A stretch of 64,000 nucleotides of DNA from Bacilli bacterium (GCA_048359995.1 DBGCPK010000017.1:9240-73239), one strand, 5' to 3'; counted from the first letter of the stretch, positions 40,223 through 50,699 are shown. Numbers and translations are program-made. The notes: generated by a model from the sequence alone, not told the origin.

Positions 40223-40771
40223 ATGGCATCAATTGTTAAATGGGTGATCGGAGCGATCGTCGGCGTGGTATTAGTCATCGTTGCTTTTATTCAAATCGAT
40301 CCGAAAACAAAAACAGGGAATTCGGGAGTTCAACTGACGACGTCGTTGGCGGAAAATACCATCGAAGTCAAAATCGAAGGACAAGTGGCGCACCCTGGAA
40401 CCTATACGATCAGCACGGATAGCACGATCGGCGATTTGGTAAATTTGGCAGGAGGTTACCTTTCCAGCGCCGATCTCGATGCGTTGAACGACACGCTTTT
40501 CATCGAAGGAAGAACGTTGGTATATGTACCGATGCTCAGCGGTTATTCGCAATCCTGCGTGATTGATCCGGACGCGAAGAAAATCAATGTAAACAGCGCG
40601 ACGATCGAAGAATTGAAAGAGGTCAACGGCATCAGCGAAACTTTGGCGACCCGCATTGTGGCTTATCGCGAAGAAAACGGCGATTTTCAGACGTTGGAAG
40701 AATTGATGAATGTCGTCGGAATCGGAACGAAAACGTATGAAAAAATTCGCGACTCGTTGACTTTGAAATAG
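40223..40771 (+). CDS. comEA: competence protein ComEA (HhH DNA-binding)
   Basis: N-terminal TM, SH3-like/SLBB domain, C-terminal HhH (INVNSATIEELKEVNGI...VGIGTKTYEKI). Confidence 0.8.
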   Translation: MASIVKWVIGAIVGVVLVIVAFIQIDPKTKTGNSGVQLTTSLAENTIEVKIEGQVAHPGTYTISTDSTIGDLVNLAGGYLSSADLDALNDTLFIEGRTLVYVPMLSGYSQSCVIDPDAKKINVNSATIEELKEVNGISETLATRIVAYREENGDFQTLEELMNVVGIGTKTYEKIRDSLTLK

Positions 40772-42768
40772 TGTCTTCGTTCGTCGGTTTGATTTTCTAC
40801 TATCTCGGGCTGACATTTGACCGTTGGGTTCCCGTAAAAGTCGTTTTATTGGCAATCGCTCTGATATGGGAGACGAAAAGGAGTGGCAAAAAGATTTGGG
40901 GTTCATTCCTTTTCTTTCTGCTTGGAATCGGAGTTTCCGCTTATTTCAAGCAGAATCTGTTTTTTTCGAATATCGGTATGGTGGTGGTCAGAAAAGAAAA
41001 TTATCTGATCGTTCAAACTTTCAGCGGAAGATACTATGTCTCGGCTTATCAGAACAGTTACGATTTATTCTCCGTTTTAAAGATCAAAGGTTCGGTATCG
41101 GACTACGGATTTACTTTTTACGAAAGCCAAATGAATTTCAACGAATACTTGAAAGAAAATCTGGTTTACAAACAGATCGTCGCTGAAAAAATCGAGGTCA
41201 TCGCTTCGTTCCGATTTCCTTTTTGCCGATGGATGAACGAACAAATTGATCTCTATCCGGAAGAAGCAGGGGATCTTCTATCTTCGCTTTTCTCGGGTTC
41301 GATGAAGAATAAAGAGTTGCAAACGATCGTTTACCGCAACCAACTGAATTATTATCTTTCGATTTCTTCCTACCATTTGTTTTTTCTATGCGGCATCGTT
41401 CGCAAGATTTTGAGGATCAAATTGAGCGATAAAAGTGCCGAAAAAGGGATAATTTTCCTTTTATGCTTCTTCTGCGCTTTATCCGATTGGAAATTGAGCG
41501 TATTTCGCTTTACCCTCTATCGTATGATCGCGTATCGGAGCGAGTGTTCTATGAAAAAGGCGATTTCCGTCCATGAAAAAACAGGTAAAACCTTTCTATT
41601 CTTGGGATTGATCGCGCCGAATAGTATTTCGTCTTCCTATTTTTTGTATAGTTTTCCTCTTCTGTGCTTTCTTTCCGTTACTCGTGAAAGCTTGCTCCAA
41701 ATCGAAAAAGGAAAGAGGAAACGATATTATTTTCTTTTGATCCAACTTTTTTTGATCCCGATTCAGTTCCTCATCGATGGAAAATGCAGTATGTTTTCCT
41801 TTGTTTTCTGCCTTGTTGTCGGGCCTGTTATTCTGCTGGTATTTTTTCTTTTTCCGTTCGGCTTTTTTCCGCCGTTCAAACCCGTTGTGTCGTTTTTCGC
41901 TCGATTGATATGGAAGATGATCTATTTGTTCGATCGGATCAATTTGATCGTATACGCTTCGTATTTCTTACCCTTGATTCTTTTGATTTTTCCGGCGCTG
42001 TTTTATTGCATTTATCTCATCTATACGGGAAGAAGGAAAAGAATCTTCTTACCGGTGAACGCGATGATAATCATCGCAATGTTTCCACTGATCCCTTTTG
42101 AAAACGGATTTGAAAGATCCGTCAGTTTTATCAACGTCGGTCAAGGCGATTCCGTTTTAATCAAGGATGGAAATCAGCACATTCTGATCGATACAGGAGG
42201 AGTTTGGGGAAACGACCTCGCCGTTCAGACTCTCATTCCGTTTTTTCGAAAGCATCACGTGTATCGAATCGACTATCTTTTCGTCACTCACGGAGATTAC
42301 GATCACTCCGGAGCGTTGAAATCGCTCGCGGAGAATTTTAAGATAAACGAAATTTTTTCGGAAAATGATTTTACCGAAATCGCTTTGCCGCATTTCACGC
42401 TGTATAATTTGAACCATTATGATTATCTTTGGGACGATGAGAATTCGAGATCGATGGTCCTTTATATGGATTTTTTCCAACACGGATTTCTGTTTATGGG
42501 CGATGCGCCGAAAAAAATCGAAAGGGAAATCGTGAAAAACTATCCCGATTTGAAAGTCGACTATTTGAAGGCGGGACACCATGGTTCGAACACTTCGACA
42601 GATGAAAGCTTTATCTCTCATTACCGACCATGCGAAGCGATTATATCCGTCGGTCTCAACAACCGTTACAATCATCCGAACGAAGAAACTCTTCGGATTT
42701 TGAATGAGTACGATGTTCGGATAAGGCGAACCGATACGGAAGGGACAATCGTCTATTCGTTCCGCTAA
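40771..42768 (+). CDS. comEC: DNA internalization competence protein ComEC/Rec2 (competence domain plus metallo-beta-lactamase)
   Basis: Polytopic membrane region, C-terminal MBL motifs FINVGQGDSVLI, HGDYDHSG, GHHGS. Confidence 0.75.
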   Translation: MSSFVGLIFYYLGLTFDRWVPVKVVLLAIALIWETKRSGKKIWGSFLFFLLGIGVSAYFKQNLFFSNIGMVVVRKENYLIVQTFSGRYYVSAYQNSYDLFSVLKIKGSVSDYGFTFYESQMNFNEYLKENLVYKQIVAEKIEVIASFRFPFCRWMNEQIDLYPEEAGDLLSSLFSGSMKNKELQTIVYRNQLNYYLSISSYHLFFLCGIVRKILRIKLSDKSAEKGIIFLLCFFCALSDWKLSVFRFTLYRMIAYRSECSMKKAISVHEKTGKTFLFLGLIAPNSISSSYFLYSFPLLCFLSVTRESLLQIEKGKRKRYYFLLIQLFLIPIQFLIDGKCSMFSFVFCLVVGPVILLVFFLFPFGFFPPFKPVVSFFARLIWKMIYLFDRINLIVYASYFLPLILLIFPALFYCIYLIYTGRRKRIFLPVNAMIIIAMFPLIPFENGFERSVSFINVGQGDSVLIKDGNQHILIDTGGVWGNDLAVQTLIPFFRKHHVYRIDYLFVTHGDYDHSGALKSLAENFKINEIFSENDFTEIALPHFTLYNLNHYDYLWDDENSRSMVLYMDFFQHGFLFMGDAPKKIEREIVKNYPDLKVDYLKAGHHGSNTSTDESFISHYRPCEAIISVGLNNRYNHPNEETLRILNEYDVRIRRTDTEGTIVYSFR

Positions 42769-42839
42769 CATATCATTAAAAATAATGATGGATATTTTGG
42801 AAATATTACATCATTCTTATATTAAAGGAGAATGTTTAT

Positions 42840-44288
42840 ATGAACAAAAAAATCTTAACTTTGGCTGTTTTGACTCTCTTTTTAACGGTCGGATGCAGTT
42901 CAAAAAATGTCGGTTCTTCGGTGAGTCCTTCCCTTTCTTCCGATGGAGTGGGTTCATCGCTCGGTGCCCCCTCTTTTGAAGGGAATTCTTCTTCCGGCGA
43001 GAGCAGTTCTTCGTCCGTGGATTTGACACCGTCGATTTCGGTTGAAACAAATGTGGAATTGTATCCGGGAACCCGATATGCTCTTTCGGTCTCGTCTGAA
43101 AATCTCGGCGAAGCAGAAATTCGATTTGAATCGTCTGATGAAGACATCGCCACCATCTCCGCGCAAGGAGTAATCACGGTGGAAGACGATGAAGACTTAG
43201 ACGGGAAAGAAGTTTTAATTACGGTTTCCGTCGACGAGTATCTGCTGGAAGAAGAATGCGTCGTAAGAATTGCAAAAGACTATCCGAAAGCGTGGAAAAA
43301 CGATACAACCGAAACGAGTTTTTGGGACGGAGTTTATCCTACCTCGAAGCCGGATTCTTTCGTCGAAGATCTCGATATGCGCATTGCGGAAATCAACGAT
43401 GCCGCGGCTTTGGCATATATGAATGTGGCTATCGCAGAGGGACAATCCAGCAGTACGGCCTTTCCTTATCGCGCGGTTTATCTGAATTGCGATGTCGACT
43501 TGAACGGATACGAGTGGAAAGCAATCGACGATGAAAGCCGTGTGTTGACCAATGTCGCTTTCTGCTTTCAAGGACACACGATTTCCGACGGCATTCTGGT
43601 TCGAGGGGACGATAAAGTCAGTTCCATCGGCTTTTTCGGTCAGGTGAATTTCGGATTGAATTTAGACGGCGTCGTTTTCGATTCGATGAAAATCGGCGGT
43701 GTCGAGAACGATGCTTTGACATCGGATAAAAAGTGGAGCGGAATTGTTTTGGGCGCAACAGATGGATCATCGACGGAAACCGTGGTTAAAATGAGCAATG
43801 TCACAGTACGGAATTGCGTAATCGCTCAAAATGCCGCGAAACAGGCGATACTCATCGGAAAAGCGCAATCGGATTACGGAATCTATCTTTCGAATATTAC
43901 TTTGGAAAACAACAGCGTTCTGGGAACGTATACCGTGGGAGGAATCACTTCCTATTCCGGCGCGTCGTCGATATACGGAGAAAATATCGAAGTAAAAGGG
44001 AATACATTTTATTTGATTAAGGCGAAAGATACCGATCAAGGAACGCAATTCGGAGTGATTACGGCTCTATTAAGCGGTGTAACGCCGTCAACGGTCTCGG
44101 AAACCTATACCGGACTCGCGCAAAGCGAGAATGTCGTTTACTACGGAAGCGCGACCTTTGATTCTTCAATCTTGTCGGCCTCCATCGTAACGGAATACGG
44201 ACTGTTTCAAACGATGATCGATAACGCGGAAGAAATCCCGTTGTGGCAGGGAAGCCGATCTCACGATGCAGTTACTTTAAATGATTGA
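42840..44288 (+). CDS. surface lipoprotein with Ig-like (Big_2-type) and beta-helix-like repeats
   Basis: Lipobox LTVGC; S/G-rich linker; ...RNCVIAQNAAKQAILIG...LENNSVLGT parallel beta-helix-like repeats. Confidence 0.45.
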   Translation: MNKKILTLAVLTLFLTVGCSSKNVGSSVSPSLSSDGVGSSLGAPSFEGNSSSGESSSSSVDLTPSISVETNVELYPGTRYALSVSSENLGEAEIRFESSDEDIATISAQGVITVEDDEDLDGKEVLITVSVDEYLLEEECVVRIAKDYPKAWKNDTTETSFWDGVYPTSKPDSFVEDLDMRIAEINDAAALAYMNVAIAEGQSSSTAFPYRAVYLNCDVDLNGYEWKAIDDESRVLTNVAFCFQGHTISDGILVRGDDKVSSIGFFGQVNFGLNLDGVVFDSMKIGGVENDALTSDKKWSGIVLGATDGSSTETVVKMSNVTVRNCVIAQNAAKQAILIGKAQSDYGIYLSNITLENNSVLGTYTVGGITSYSGASSIYGENIEVKGNTFYLIKAKDTDQGTQFGVITALLSGVTPSTVSETYTGLAQSENVVYYGSATFDSSILSASIVTEYGLFQTMIDNAEEIPLWQGSRSHDAVTLND

Positions 44289-44297
44289 AAACAAAAA

Positions 44298-44326
44298 GGA
44301 AGAACCTGATAATTCTTCCTTTTTTC
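44298..44326 (+). terminator. rho-independent terminator
   Basis: GGAAGAACCTGATAATTCTTCC plus TTTTTT. Confidence 0.65.
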
Positions 44327-44398
44327 TTGGATAAAATCAGAGAGAATCGGAATTTTCGTTTCCATTTCTCGGTTTCTTGTGAAATTATCGGAAAACAG

Positions 44399-44528
44399 TT
44401 GCAAAGAAAAAGTTTTTTCGGATATAATATCTCCCGTAAGTGATCTCTTGCAAGAGATGATTTACGGAAACTCATTGCGGATTGAAAAAGTGAGCTCATA
44501 ACTCACTTTTATTTTTGAAGGAGGCCGA
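44399..44528 (+). promoter_or_regulatory. promoter (TTGCAA-18-TATAAT) and structured leader with terminator-like hairpin upstream of rimP-nusA-infB
   Basis: -35 44399-44404, -10 44423-44428; hairpin CCGTAA...TTACGG 44434-44467; AAAAGTGAGctcataaCTCACTTTT plus ATTTTT 44484-44514; then AAGGAGG RBS. Confidence 0.5.
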
Positions 44529-44999
44529 ATGAAAGAACTATTAGAGAAAGTCAGACCCTACATTGAATCGCTGGTGAATGAAAACCATCTGATTCTCGAC
44601 CGATTCGATTTCGAACGGCGCGGCAAGGAATGGTATTTGGTCGTCTACGTGGAAAAAGAAACCGATACCGTCACGCTCGACGAAGTGTGCCTTATATCCG
44701 ATTTGATTTCCAAAAAACTCGATGAAATCGATTTGATCCCGCAGAATTACATTCTCGACGTATCCACTTCCGGCGCGGAAAAACCGATCAAGGATCTCCG
44801 TCAACTGGAAAAGTACATCGGGAAATACATTGCCGTCAAATTGAAAAATCCCGTAGAAGGGCTGAACGCGTATACGGGAACCTTGGAACAAGCGGACGAA
44901 TCGATGATCCGTATGAGTTATAAGGTCAAGACCCGAACCCGATACGTCGATATCGAAATACAGAATATCACCAAAGCAAATCTGGCAATTAAATTTTAG
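44529..44999 (+). CDS. rimP: ribosome maturation factor RimP
   Basis: 156 aa, YlxS/RimP N- and C-domains. Confidence 0.8.
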   Translation: MKELLEKVRPYIESLVNENHLILDRFDFERRGKEWYLVVYVEKETDTVTLDEVCLISDLISKKLDEIDLIPQNYILDVSTSGAEKPIKDLRQLEKYIGKYIAVKLKNPVEGLNAYTGTLEQADESMIRMSYKVKTRTRYVDIEIQNITKANLAIKF

Positions 45000-45011
45000 G
45001 AGGAATGAAAA

Positions 45012-46589
45012 ATGGTAGATTTAAAACAATTTTTGGTCGCAATCGATGAATTCGAAAACTTCGGAATCGCCAGAGAAGTAACGATCGCGGCATTAAAGGA
45101 CTCCATCAGTTCCTTGTTCGTCAAAAAGAATTACGAGGATACGCGGGTCGAAGTCGTCATCGACGCGGAACAGGGCGATATCCGAGTCAACCTGATCAAA
45201 CAGGTCGTCGACAATTCAAAAGAAGACGAACTCGACGACAACTTGGAGATTACGCTCGACGAAGCCAGAGAGATCAATCCGGACATTCGGGTCGGAGAGG
45301 ATCTGTATATCGAAGTCGATTTGGATTCTTTGAAAAAATCGGACGTCAACAAAATCAAGTCCGCGTTCAAACAGAAGATCAAAGAGGCGGAGAAACAGGC
45401 GATTTATCAGGCTTTTGCCGATAAAAAAGGAGAACTCATCTCCGGAATCGTGGAGAAGATTGAACCGACGTATACGATCGTCAACATCGGAAAAACTTCG
45501 GTAACGCTTCCGAATAACCGCAAAATCGGCGACGAGACTTTCAGCATCGGTCAAACGATCAAAGTGCTTCTTGCCGAGATTAACTCCGGAACCGGAGGAC
45601 CGCAACTCATTATCAGCCGTTCCGATCCGAACTTTTTGAAACGGCTTTTCGAAGAAGAAGTTCACGAGATTTACGACGGAACAGTGGTGATCAAAGACGT
45701 AGCGCGTTACGCAGGCGAACGCAGCAAAATTTCGGTGTATTCCACGCAAGAAAATGTCGATCCGATCGGATCGTGTATCGGTCCGGGAGGTTCTAAAATT
45801 CAGAAAATCTGCGCGCAGATCGGCAAAGAAAAGATCGACGTCGTCGAATATCACGAATACCCGGGCTTGTTTATCGCCGAAGCGTTGAAACCTGCCGAGG
45901 TTTTGGGTGTAAGACTCGATGAAGAAAACCGCAGCGCGGTGGCCGTGGTTAAAAATGACAGTTTACGCGTTGCCATCGGAAAGCGCGGAATCAACGTCAT
46001 ATTGGCCGTCAAACTGACCGGATGGAAGATCGATATCAAAGAGCAGGATACCGCGATCGGCGAAAACATCGTATATCTGACCGTGGATCAGATGATTCGA
46101 AAAGAAGAAGATATCCGTCTGAGCAAATTGAGAGAGAGCCTCTTGAAAGAAAACGATTTGGAAAAACTGAATCCGGAGCCGGAGAAAGAGGAAACGTACG
46201 TTGAGGAAGTACCGGAAGAGGAAACGGAGGAAGAAGTTTCGGTCGAAGAAGAAAAACCGGTTGAAATTCCGTTTGAAGAGCAGAAAGTGGAAGTTAATCT
46301 TTCGCAGCCGAGAGTTTCACTCGCCGATTTGGAAAACCAGATCGAACTCGATAAAAAGAAGAAATCGGCCGCGCCGGTTCAACAGAAAAAGAAATTTGTC
46401 AAAAAAGAAGACGAGGCCAGCGATAAACCTCGCGTAGAAGAAGAAAAAGAAGAAAACAAGCCGGCTGTCAATGCAATGCCGATTTACTCCGACGAGGAAT
46501 TGGAAGCGTTTGAAGACGAAGAGGAAGAAGAAAACTCCTACGATGAGGATATCGATTACAGCGATTACGACAGCTATTACGACAATTAA
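45012..46589 (+). CDS. nusA: transcription termination/antitermination factor NusA with ~150-aa acidic C-terminal extension
   Basis: NusA N-domain, S1, KH1/KH2 (...GPGGSKIQKICAQIG...), then E/K/D-rich low-complexity tail to 525 aa. Confidence 0.9.
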   Translation: MVDLKQFLVAIDEFENFGIAREVTIAALKDSISSLFVKKNYEDTRVEVVIDAEQGDIRVNLIKQVVDNSKEDELDDNLEITLDEAREINPDIRVGEDLYIEVDLDSLKKSDVNKIKSAFKQKIKEAEKQAIYQAFADKKGELISGIVEKIEPTYTIVNIGKTSVTLPNNRKIGDETFSIGQTIKVLLAEINSGTGGPQLIISRSDPNFLKRLFEEEVHEIYDGTVVIKDVARYAGERSKISVYSTQENVDPIGSCIGPGGSKIQKICAQIGKEKIDVVEYHEYPGLFIAEALKPAEVLGVRLDEENRSAVAVVKNDSLRVAIGKRGINVILAVKLTGWKIDIKEQDTAIGENIVYLTVDQMIRKEEDIRLSKLRESLLKENDLEKLNPEPEKEETYVEEVPEEETEEEVSVEEEKPVEIPFEEQKVEVNLSQPRVSLADLENQIELDKKKKSAAPVQQKKKFVKKEDEASDKPRVEEEKEENKPAVNAMPIYSDEELEAFEDEEEEENSYDEDIDYSDYDSYYDN

Positions 46590-46591
46590 AA

Positions 46592-46870
46592 ATGAAAAAA
46601 ATACCGATGAGAAAATGTTTGGCCACGAATGAAGTTTGCCCGAAAAGCGATCTTCTTCGAATTGTGAAGAATAACGAAGGAAAGATATTCTTCGACTATT
46701 CTTCCAAGGCCAATGGTCGCGGGGCGTATATCAAATGCAGTTTGGAAGCGATCGAAATCGCTCAAAAACGAAAAGTGCTCGACAAAGCGTTGGATGCAAA
46801 AGTCCCCGAGGAGATATACGAAGTCCTGAAAAGAGAAGTCAATGCGAGAAAATATCAGAAGCATGATTAA
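46592..46870 (+). CDS. ylxR: YlxR/RnpM (DUF448) RNA-binding protein
   Basis: MRKCLATNEVCPKSDLLRIV...GRGAYI motif. Confidence 0.8.
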   Translation: MKKIPMRKCLATNEVCPKSDLLRIVKNNEGKIFFDYSSKANGRGAYIKCSLEAIEIAQKRKVLDKALDAKVPEEIYEVLKREVNARKYQKHD

Positions 46871-47159
46871 CTTCGCCATTCGGGCAGGGAAATACTCGCT
46901 CGGAGAAAGCGCTGTTGCCGGAGCAAAAAAAGGAAAGGCGAAATTGGTCCTGATCGCAAAAGATACCTCTGATTCAAACAAAAAACGATGGATTGACAAA
47001 TTTACTTATTGCAAAGTGCCTTACGTGATCTACGGCACGAAAGAAGAACTGGGTCTTCTTTTTCACAAAAAGGCGGTCGCGGTTATCTCGATCAACGAGG
47101 TCAATATCGCCAAAGAAATTAGAAAACTGATCAAGGAGGATGAGTTGAATGGCATATAA
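46842..47159 (+). CDS. L7Ae-family RNA-binding protein (YlxQ-like)
   Basis: ~100-aa L7Ae fold (...AGKYSLGE...KLVLIAKD...); true start may be MINF at 46863. Confidence 0.7.
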   Translation: MRENIRSMINFAIRAGKYSLGESAVAGAKKGKAKLVLIAKDTSDSNKKRWIDKFTYCKVPYVIYGTKEELGLLFHKKAVAVISINEVNIAKEIRKLIKEDELNGI

Positions 47160-49008
47160 CAAAAAAAAGAACAACAAAGGCAATACCCGACTCCAAAACG
47201 GACCGAGATTCGATCCGAACCACAAGAAAAAAACGCCTGCAAATAAGGTGAACGGCGGGGTTTTTACCTATACCGGAGCGATTACGGTCAGCGAACTGGC
47301 CAGGCAGTTAGGGCAAAACCCTTCCGATATTATCAAGTATTTGTTTTTGAACAAGAAAGTGATGGTAACCATCAATTCCGTCCTCAACGACGAATATATC
47401 GGCGAGCTCTGTCTGAATTACGGATATGATTTCAAAAAAGAGAAGATCATCGAAATGGAAAATTTCGAAGATCTCGATATCGTCGACGATGAAAAAGATC
47501 TCGTCGAACGTTCTCCCGTCGTCGTCGTGATGGGCCATGTCGATCACGGAAAAACGACCTTGATCGACGCGATCCGCAACTCGAATATCGTCGGCGGTGA
47601 AGCCGGTGCGATCACGCAGGCGATCGGTGCCTATCAAAAAGAAGTCAACAACAAGAAAATTACCTTTCTCGATACTCCCGGACACGAAGCCTTTACGGCA
47701 ATGAGAGCCAGAGGCGCGCAAATGACGGATATCGCCATCATCGTCGTGGCCGCCGACGACGGGGTGATGCCGCAGACGAAAGAAGCCATCGATCATGCGA
47801 AAGCGGCCGGCGTAACCATTATCGTCGCAATCAACAAGATCGATAAACCGACCGCTGATCCGGAACGCGTCAAGCAGGAATTGATGCGGGAAGGCGTCAT
47901 CGCGGAAGAATACGGCGGAGACGTAATCTTCAAGGAAATCTCTGCGAAGAAGAATATCGGCATCGACGACCTTTTGGAAACCATTTTGATCGTTGCGGAA
48001 TTAAAGGACTTGAAAGCCAACCCGAACCGTTACGCATTAGGTTGCGTCGTCGAAGCGTCCTTAGATAAAAACGAAGGAGCAAAGGCGACGTTGCTCGTGC
48101 AGAACGGAACGCTGAAAGTCGGCGACTATGTCGTCGTGGGAAATTCGTACTGCCGCGTCAGAAAGATGATCAACGAATACAAAAAAGTATTGAAAACCGC
48201 CGGTCCGTCTACGCCGGTCGTCGTAACCGGCATCGAAGATGTCCCTCAGGCCGGCGATCGCTTTATGGCTTATGCCGACGAAAAGATCGCCAGAGAAATC
48301 GCTTTGAAACGAACGCTGAACGCGAAAGCGAAAGATATGAATAAAACCAGCGCGCTTTCGTTGGACGATCTGTACAATCAAATCAAAGACGGTGAAGTCA
48401 GGACGATCAATATCATCATTCGCGCCGATGTGCAAGGATCGGTAGAGGCTGTCAAAAGTTCTCTGTTGAAGATCGAAATCGACGGAGTCAAAATCAACGT
48501 GATTCGTGCGACCGCCGGCTCGATTACGCTTTCCGACGTCATTCTCGCCAGCGCTTCGAATGCGATTATCTATGGATTCAACGTCCGTCCGGACGCGGTC
48601 GTCAGGGCAAAAGCGCAGGAAGAACACGTCGAAATACGCTTACACACGATCATTTACGCATTGATCGAGGAGATCGAAGCGGCGATGAAAGGAATGCTCA
48701 AACCGATTGAAAAAGAAGTCGTCATCGGACAATGCGAGGTTCGCTCTTTGTTCAAGGCCAGCAAAATCGGCACGATTGCCGGAGCGATGGTTACCGAAGG
48801 CTGTATCAAACGCGATTCTCTGATTCGGCTGATTCGGGACGGAATAGTGATTTACACAGGAAAACTCGGCTCGCTCAAACGATTTAAAGACGACGCAGCC
48901 AAAGTTAACAGCGGTTTCGAATGCGGACTGACGATCGAAAATTTTAACGATATCAAAGAAGGAGATATCGTCGAAGCTTACGAAATTCAGCAAGTGGCAA
49001 GGGAGTAA
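47149..49008 (+). CDS. infB: translation initiation factor IF-2 (short N-terminus)
   Basis: [23 protein letters not shown] GTPase motifs; 619 aa. Confidence 0.9.
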   Translation: MAYNKKKNNKGNTRLQNGPRFDPNHKKKTPANKVNGGVFTYTGAITVSELARQLGQNPSDIIKYLFLNKKVMVTINSVLNDEYIGELCLNYGYDFKKEKIIEMENFEDLDIVDDEKDLVERSPVVVVMGHVDHGKTTLIDAIRNSNIVGGEAGAITQAIGAYQKEVNNKKITFLDTPGHEAFTAMRARGAQMTDIAIIVVAADDGVMPQTKEAIDHAKAAGVTIIVAINKIDKPTADPERVKQELMREGVIAEEYGGDVIFKEISAKKNIGIDDLLETILIVAELKDLKANPNRYALGCVVEASLDKNEGAKATLLVQNGTLKVGDYVVVGNSYCRVRKMINEYKKVLKTAGPSTPVVVTGIEDVPQAGDRFMAYADEKIAREIALKRTLNAKAKDMNKTSALSLDDLYNQIKDGEVRTINIIIRADVQGSVEAVKSSLLKIEIDGVKINVIRATAGSITLSDVILASASNAIIYGFNVRPDAVVRAKAQEEHVEIRLHTIIYALIEEIEAAMKGMLKPIEKEVVIGQCEVRSLFKASKIGTIAGAMVTEGCIKRDSLIRLIRDGIVIYTGKLGSLKRFKDDAAKVNSGFECGLTIENFNDIKEGDIVEAYEIQQVARE

Positions 49009-49013
49009 TCGCC

Positions 49014-49355
49014 ATGAAAAAAAACAATAAACAAGAGCGCATTGCGACGCTGATTCAAAAAAATATCACCGACATTATTCTTTACGAATTGAAGAATCCT
49101 CTTATGAAATTAGTCAGCGTCAACGGATGCGATGTCAATCACGACAATTCGCTCGCCAAAGTTTACGTGACGCATCTCGATTCGCGGAAAGTTCGCGAGG
49201 CGATCGAAGATTTAAACGCAGCCAAAGGATTTATTCGAACTTCTCTCGCGAAAAAAATGGACACGTATAAAGTTCCGGAAATCGTATTCATAAGAGACGA
49301 CACTTACGATAAAGCGCAGAGAATCGAAGAGATCATCAAGGATATCAAAAAGTAA
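49014..49355 (+). CDS. rbfA: ribosome-binding factor A
   Basis: 113 aa KH-like RbfA (...VSVNGCDVNHDNSLAKVYV...). Confidence 0.85.
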   Translation: MKKNNKQERIATLIQKNITDIILYELKNPLMKLVSVNGCDVNHDNSLAKVYVTHLDSRKVREAIEDLNAAKGFIRTSLAKKMDTYKVPEIVFIRDDTYDKAQRIEEIIKDIKK

Positions 49356-49390
49356 GCGAACGCCTTCGGATGCGACCTTGATTTTCAAAA

Positions 49391-49416
49391 AGCGCAGAGA
49401 ATATCTGCGCTTTTTT
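49391..49416 (+). terminator. rho-independent terminator of infB-rbfA operon
   Basis: AGCGCAGAgaatatTCTGCGCT plus TTTTTT. Confidence 0.7.
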
Positions 49417-49484
49417 ACGCGTTGATCGGAGATTTTTTTTGGAAGAGAAATCAAAAATCCGAGAATATCGAAACTTGTAAATTA

Positions 49485-49509
49485 TAAAAAAAACCAGTGT
49501 AAACTGGTT
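49485..49509 (-). terminator. rho-independent terminator of rpsT
   Basis: AACCAGTttacACTGGTT hairpin plus T7 on minus strand. Confidence 0.65.
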
Positions 49510-49516
49510 ATTTCGA

Positions 49517-49777
49517 TTAAAGATGGTTCACTAAATTTTGCAAATGCGCTTTTTGTCTTGCGGCCGTGTTCTTGTGCTGAATTCCTTTGCTGACCGAAGC
49601 GTCGATATAAGAGAAAGCGTTCGGCAATAAAGCGACCGCCTCGTCTTTTTTGCCGTTTTTTACCGCGGCTTCGACTTTTTTGATCGCCGTACGCATTGCC
49701 GATTTATACGATGCGTTCGCGCATCTTGCTTTTTCGTTGGTTTTTGCTCTTTTGATTTGCGACTTGATGTTTGCCAT
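49517..49777 (-). CDS. rpsT: 30S ribosomal protein S20
   Basis: MANIKSQIKRAKTNEKAR...; AGAGGTGA RBS; ORF-track start 49819 is an upstream extension. Confidence 0.9.
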   Translation of the reverse strand: MANIKSQIKRAKTNEKARCANASYKSAMRTAIKKVEAAVKNGKKDEAVALLPNAFSYIDASVSKGIQHKNTAARQKAHLQNLVNHL

Positions 49778-49886
49778 TTTGTTCACCTCTTTCGTTTTTA
49801 GACTCACAAAGTTTATCATAGTTTCAATCGTATTTCAATAATTTTGTCTATTTTTGTAAATGCTATAAAGGAGGGGAGAAAAACGG

Positions 49887-50699
49887 ATGATGAATGGGAA
49901 AAATAACAAATATTTCGATATCGCCGACGAGTTATTTACTCAGAAAAACGTGGAAAAATATGCGGAAATCAGAAAAGTAGTCAAAAAGAATCTGATGATT
50001 TCGGAAACGATTATTCTGTCCAACCGAAATCCTTACGGGAAAGAAAAAGGAGTTTATTGCTCTTTCAATTTCGACCGATTGGACGATGAAAAGACTTATG
50101 CGCGTTTAGTTCGATGCCTGAAAAGATATTTAAAAGATTTTATCTTTCAAATGACGGGGAAGGAAGATCCGAGCATCCTGTTCGTGGGGTTGGGCAACGA
50201 ATCTTATACGCCCGACTCACTCGGCCCGAGCGTGGTAAAAAATCTTCATTCGAATTATTTTTACAGAAAGAAAATCGGATGCCTGATCCCCGGAGTGATG
50301 GCTCTGACGGGAATGGAAACTTCGGATATCGTCAAAGGCGTTTTGAAATGCCATGATTACGATTTGGTAATCGTCATCGACTCTTTGGCTACTTCTTCCA
50401 TTCGTCGACTGAATAAGACCATCCAGATTACCGATACGGGTATCAGCCCCGGAAGCGGCGTCAACAATTTTCGGAAAGCGATCAACTTTCGCGAATTGAA
50501 GGTCAAGGTGCTGACCATCGGGATTGCCACCGTCATTTCCTATGAAAAATTGATCGAGGAATTCGTCCGAGAAAACAAGATCGAATTTTCTAAACCGCTT
50601 GACCTTTCGCTCGTGATGACCACGAAAGAAATCGAACACGAACTGTCATATCTTTCGCTTCTGCTGAGCGAAGTGCTAAACAGCATCATCGGATTATAA
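49887..50699 (+). CDS. gpr: germination protease GPR (SASP-degrading spore endopeptidase), short form
   Basis: ILFVGLGNESYTPDSLGP, PGVMALTGMETSDIVKGV, IQITDTGISPGSGVNNFR match GPR core; 270 aa; rpsT-gpr adjacency as in Bacillus. Confidence 0.7.
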   Translation: MMNGKNNKYFDIADELFTQKNVEKYAEIRKVVKKNLMISETIILSNRNPYGKEKGVYCSFNFDRLDDEKTYARLVRCLKRYLKDFIFQMTGKEDPSILFVGLGNESYTPDSLGPSVVKNLHSNYFYRKKIGCLIPGVMALTGMETSDIVKGVLKCHDYDLVIVIDSLATSSIRRLNKTIQITDTGISPGSGVNNFRKAINFRELKVKVLTIGIATVISYEKLIEEFVRENKIEFSKPLDLSLVMTTKEIEHELSYLSLLLSEVLNSIIGL

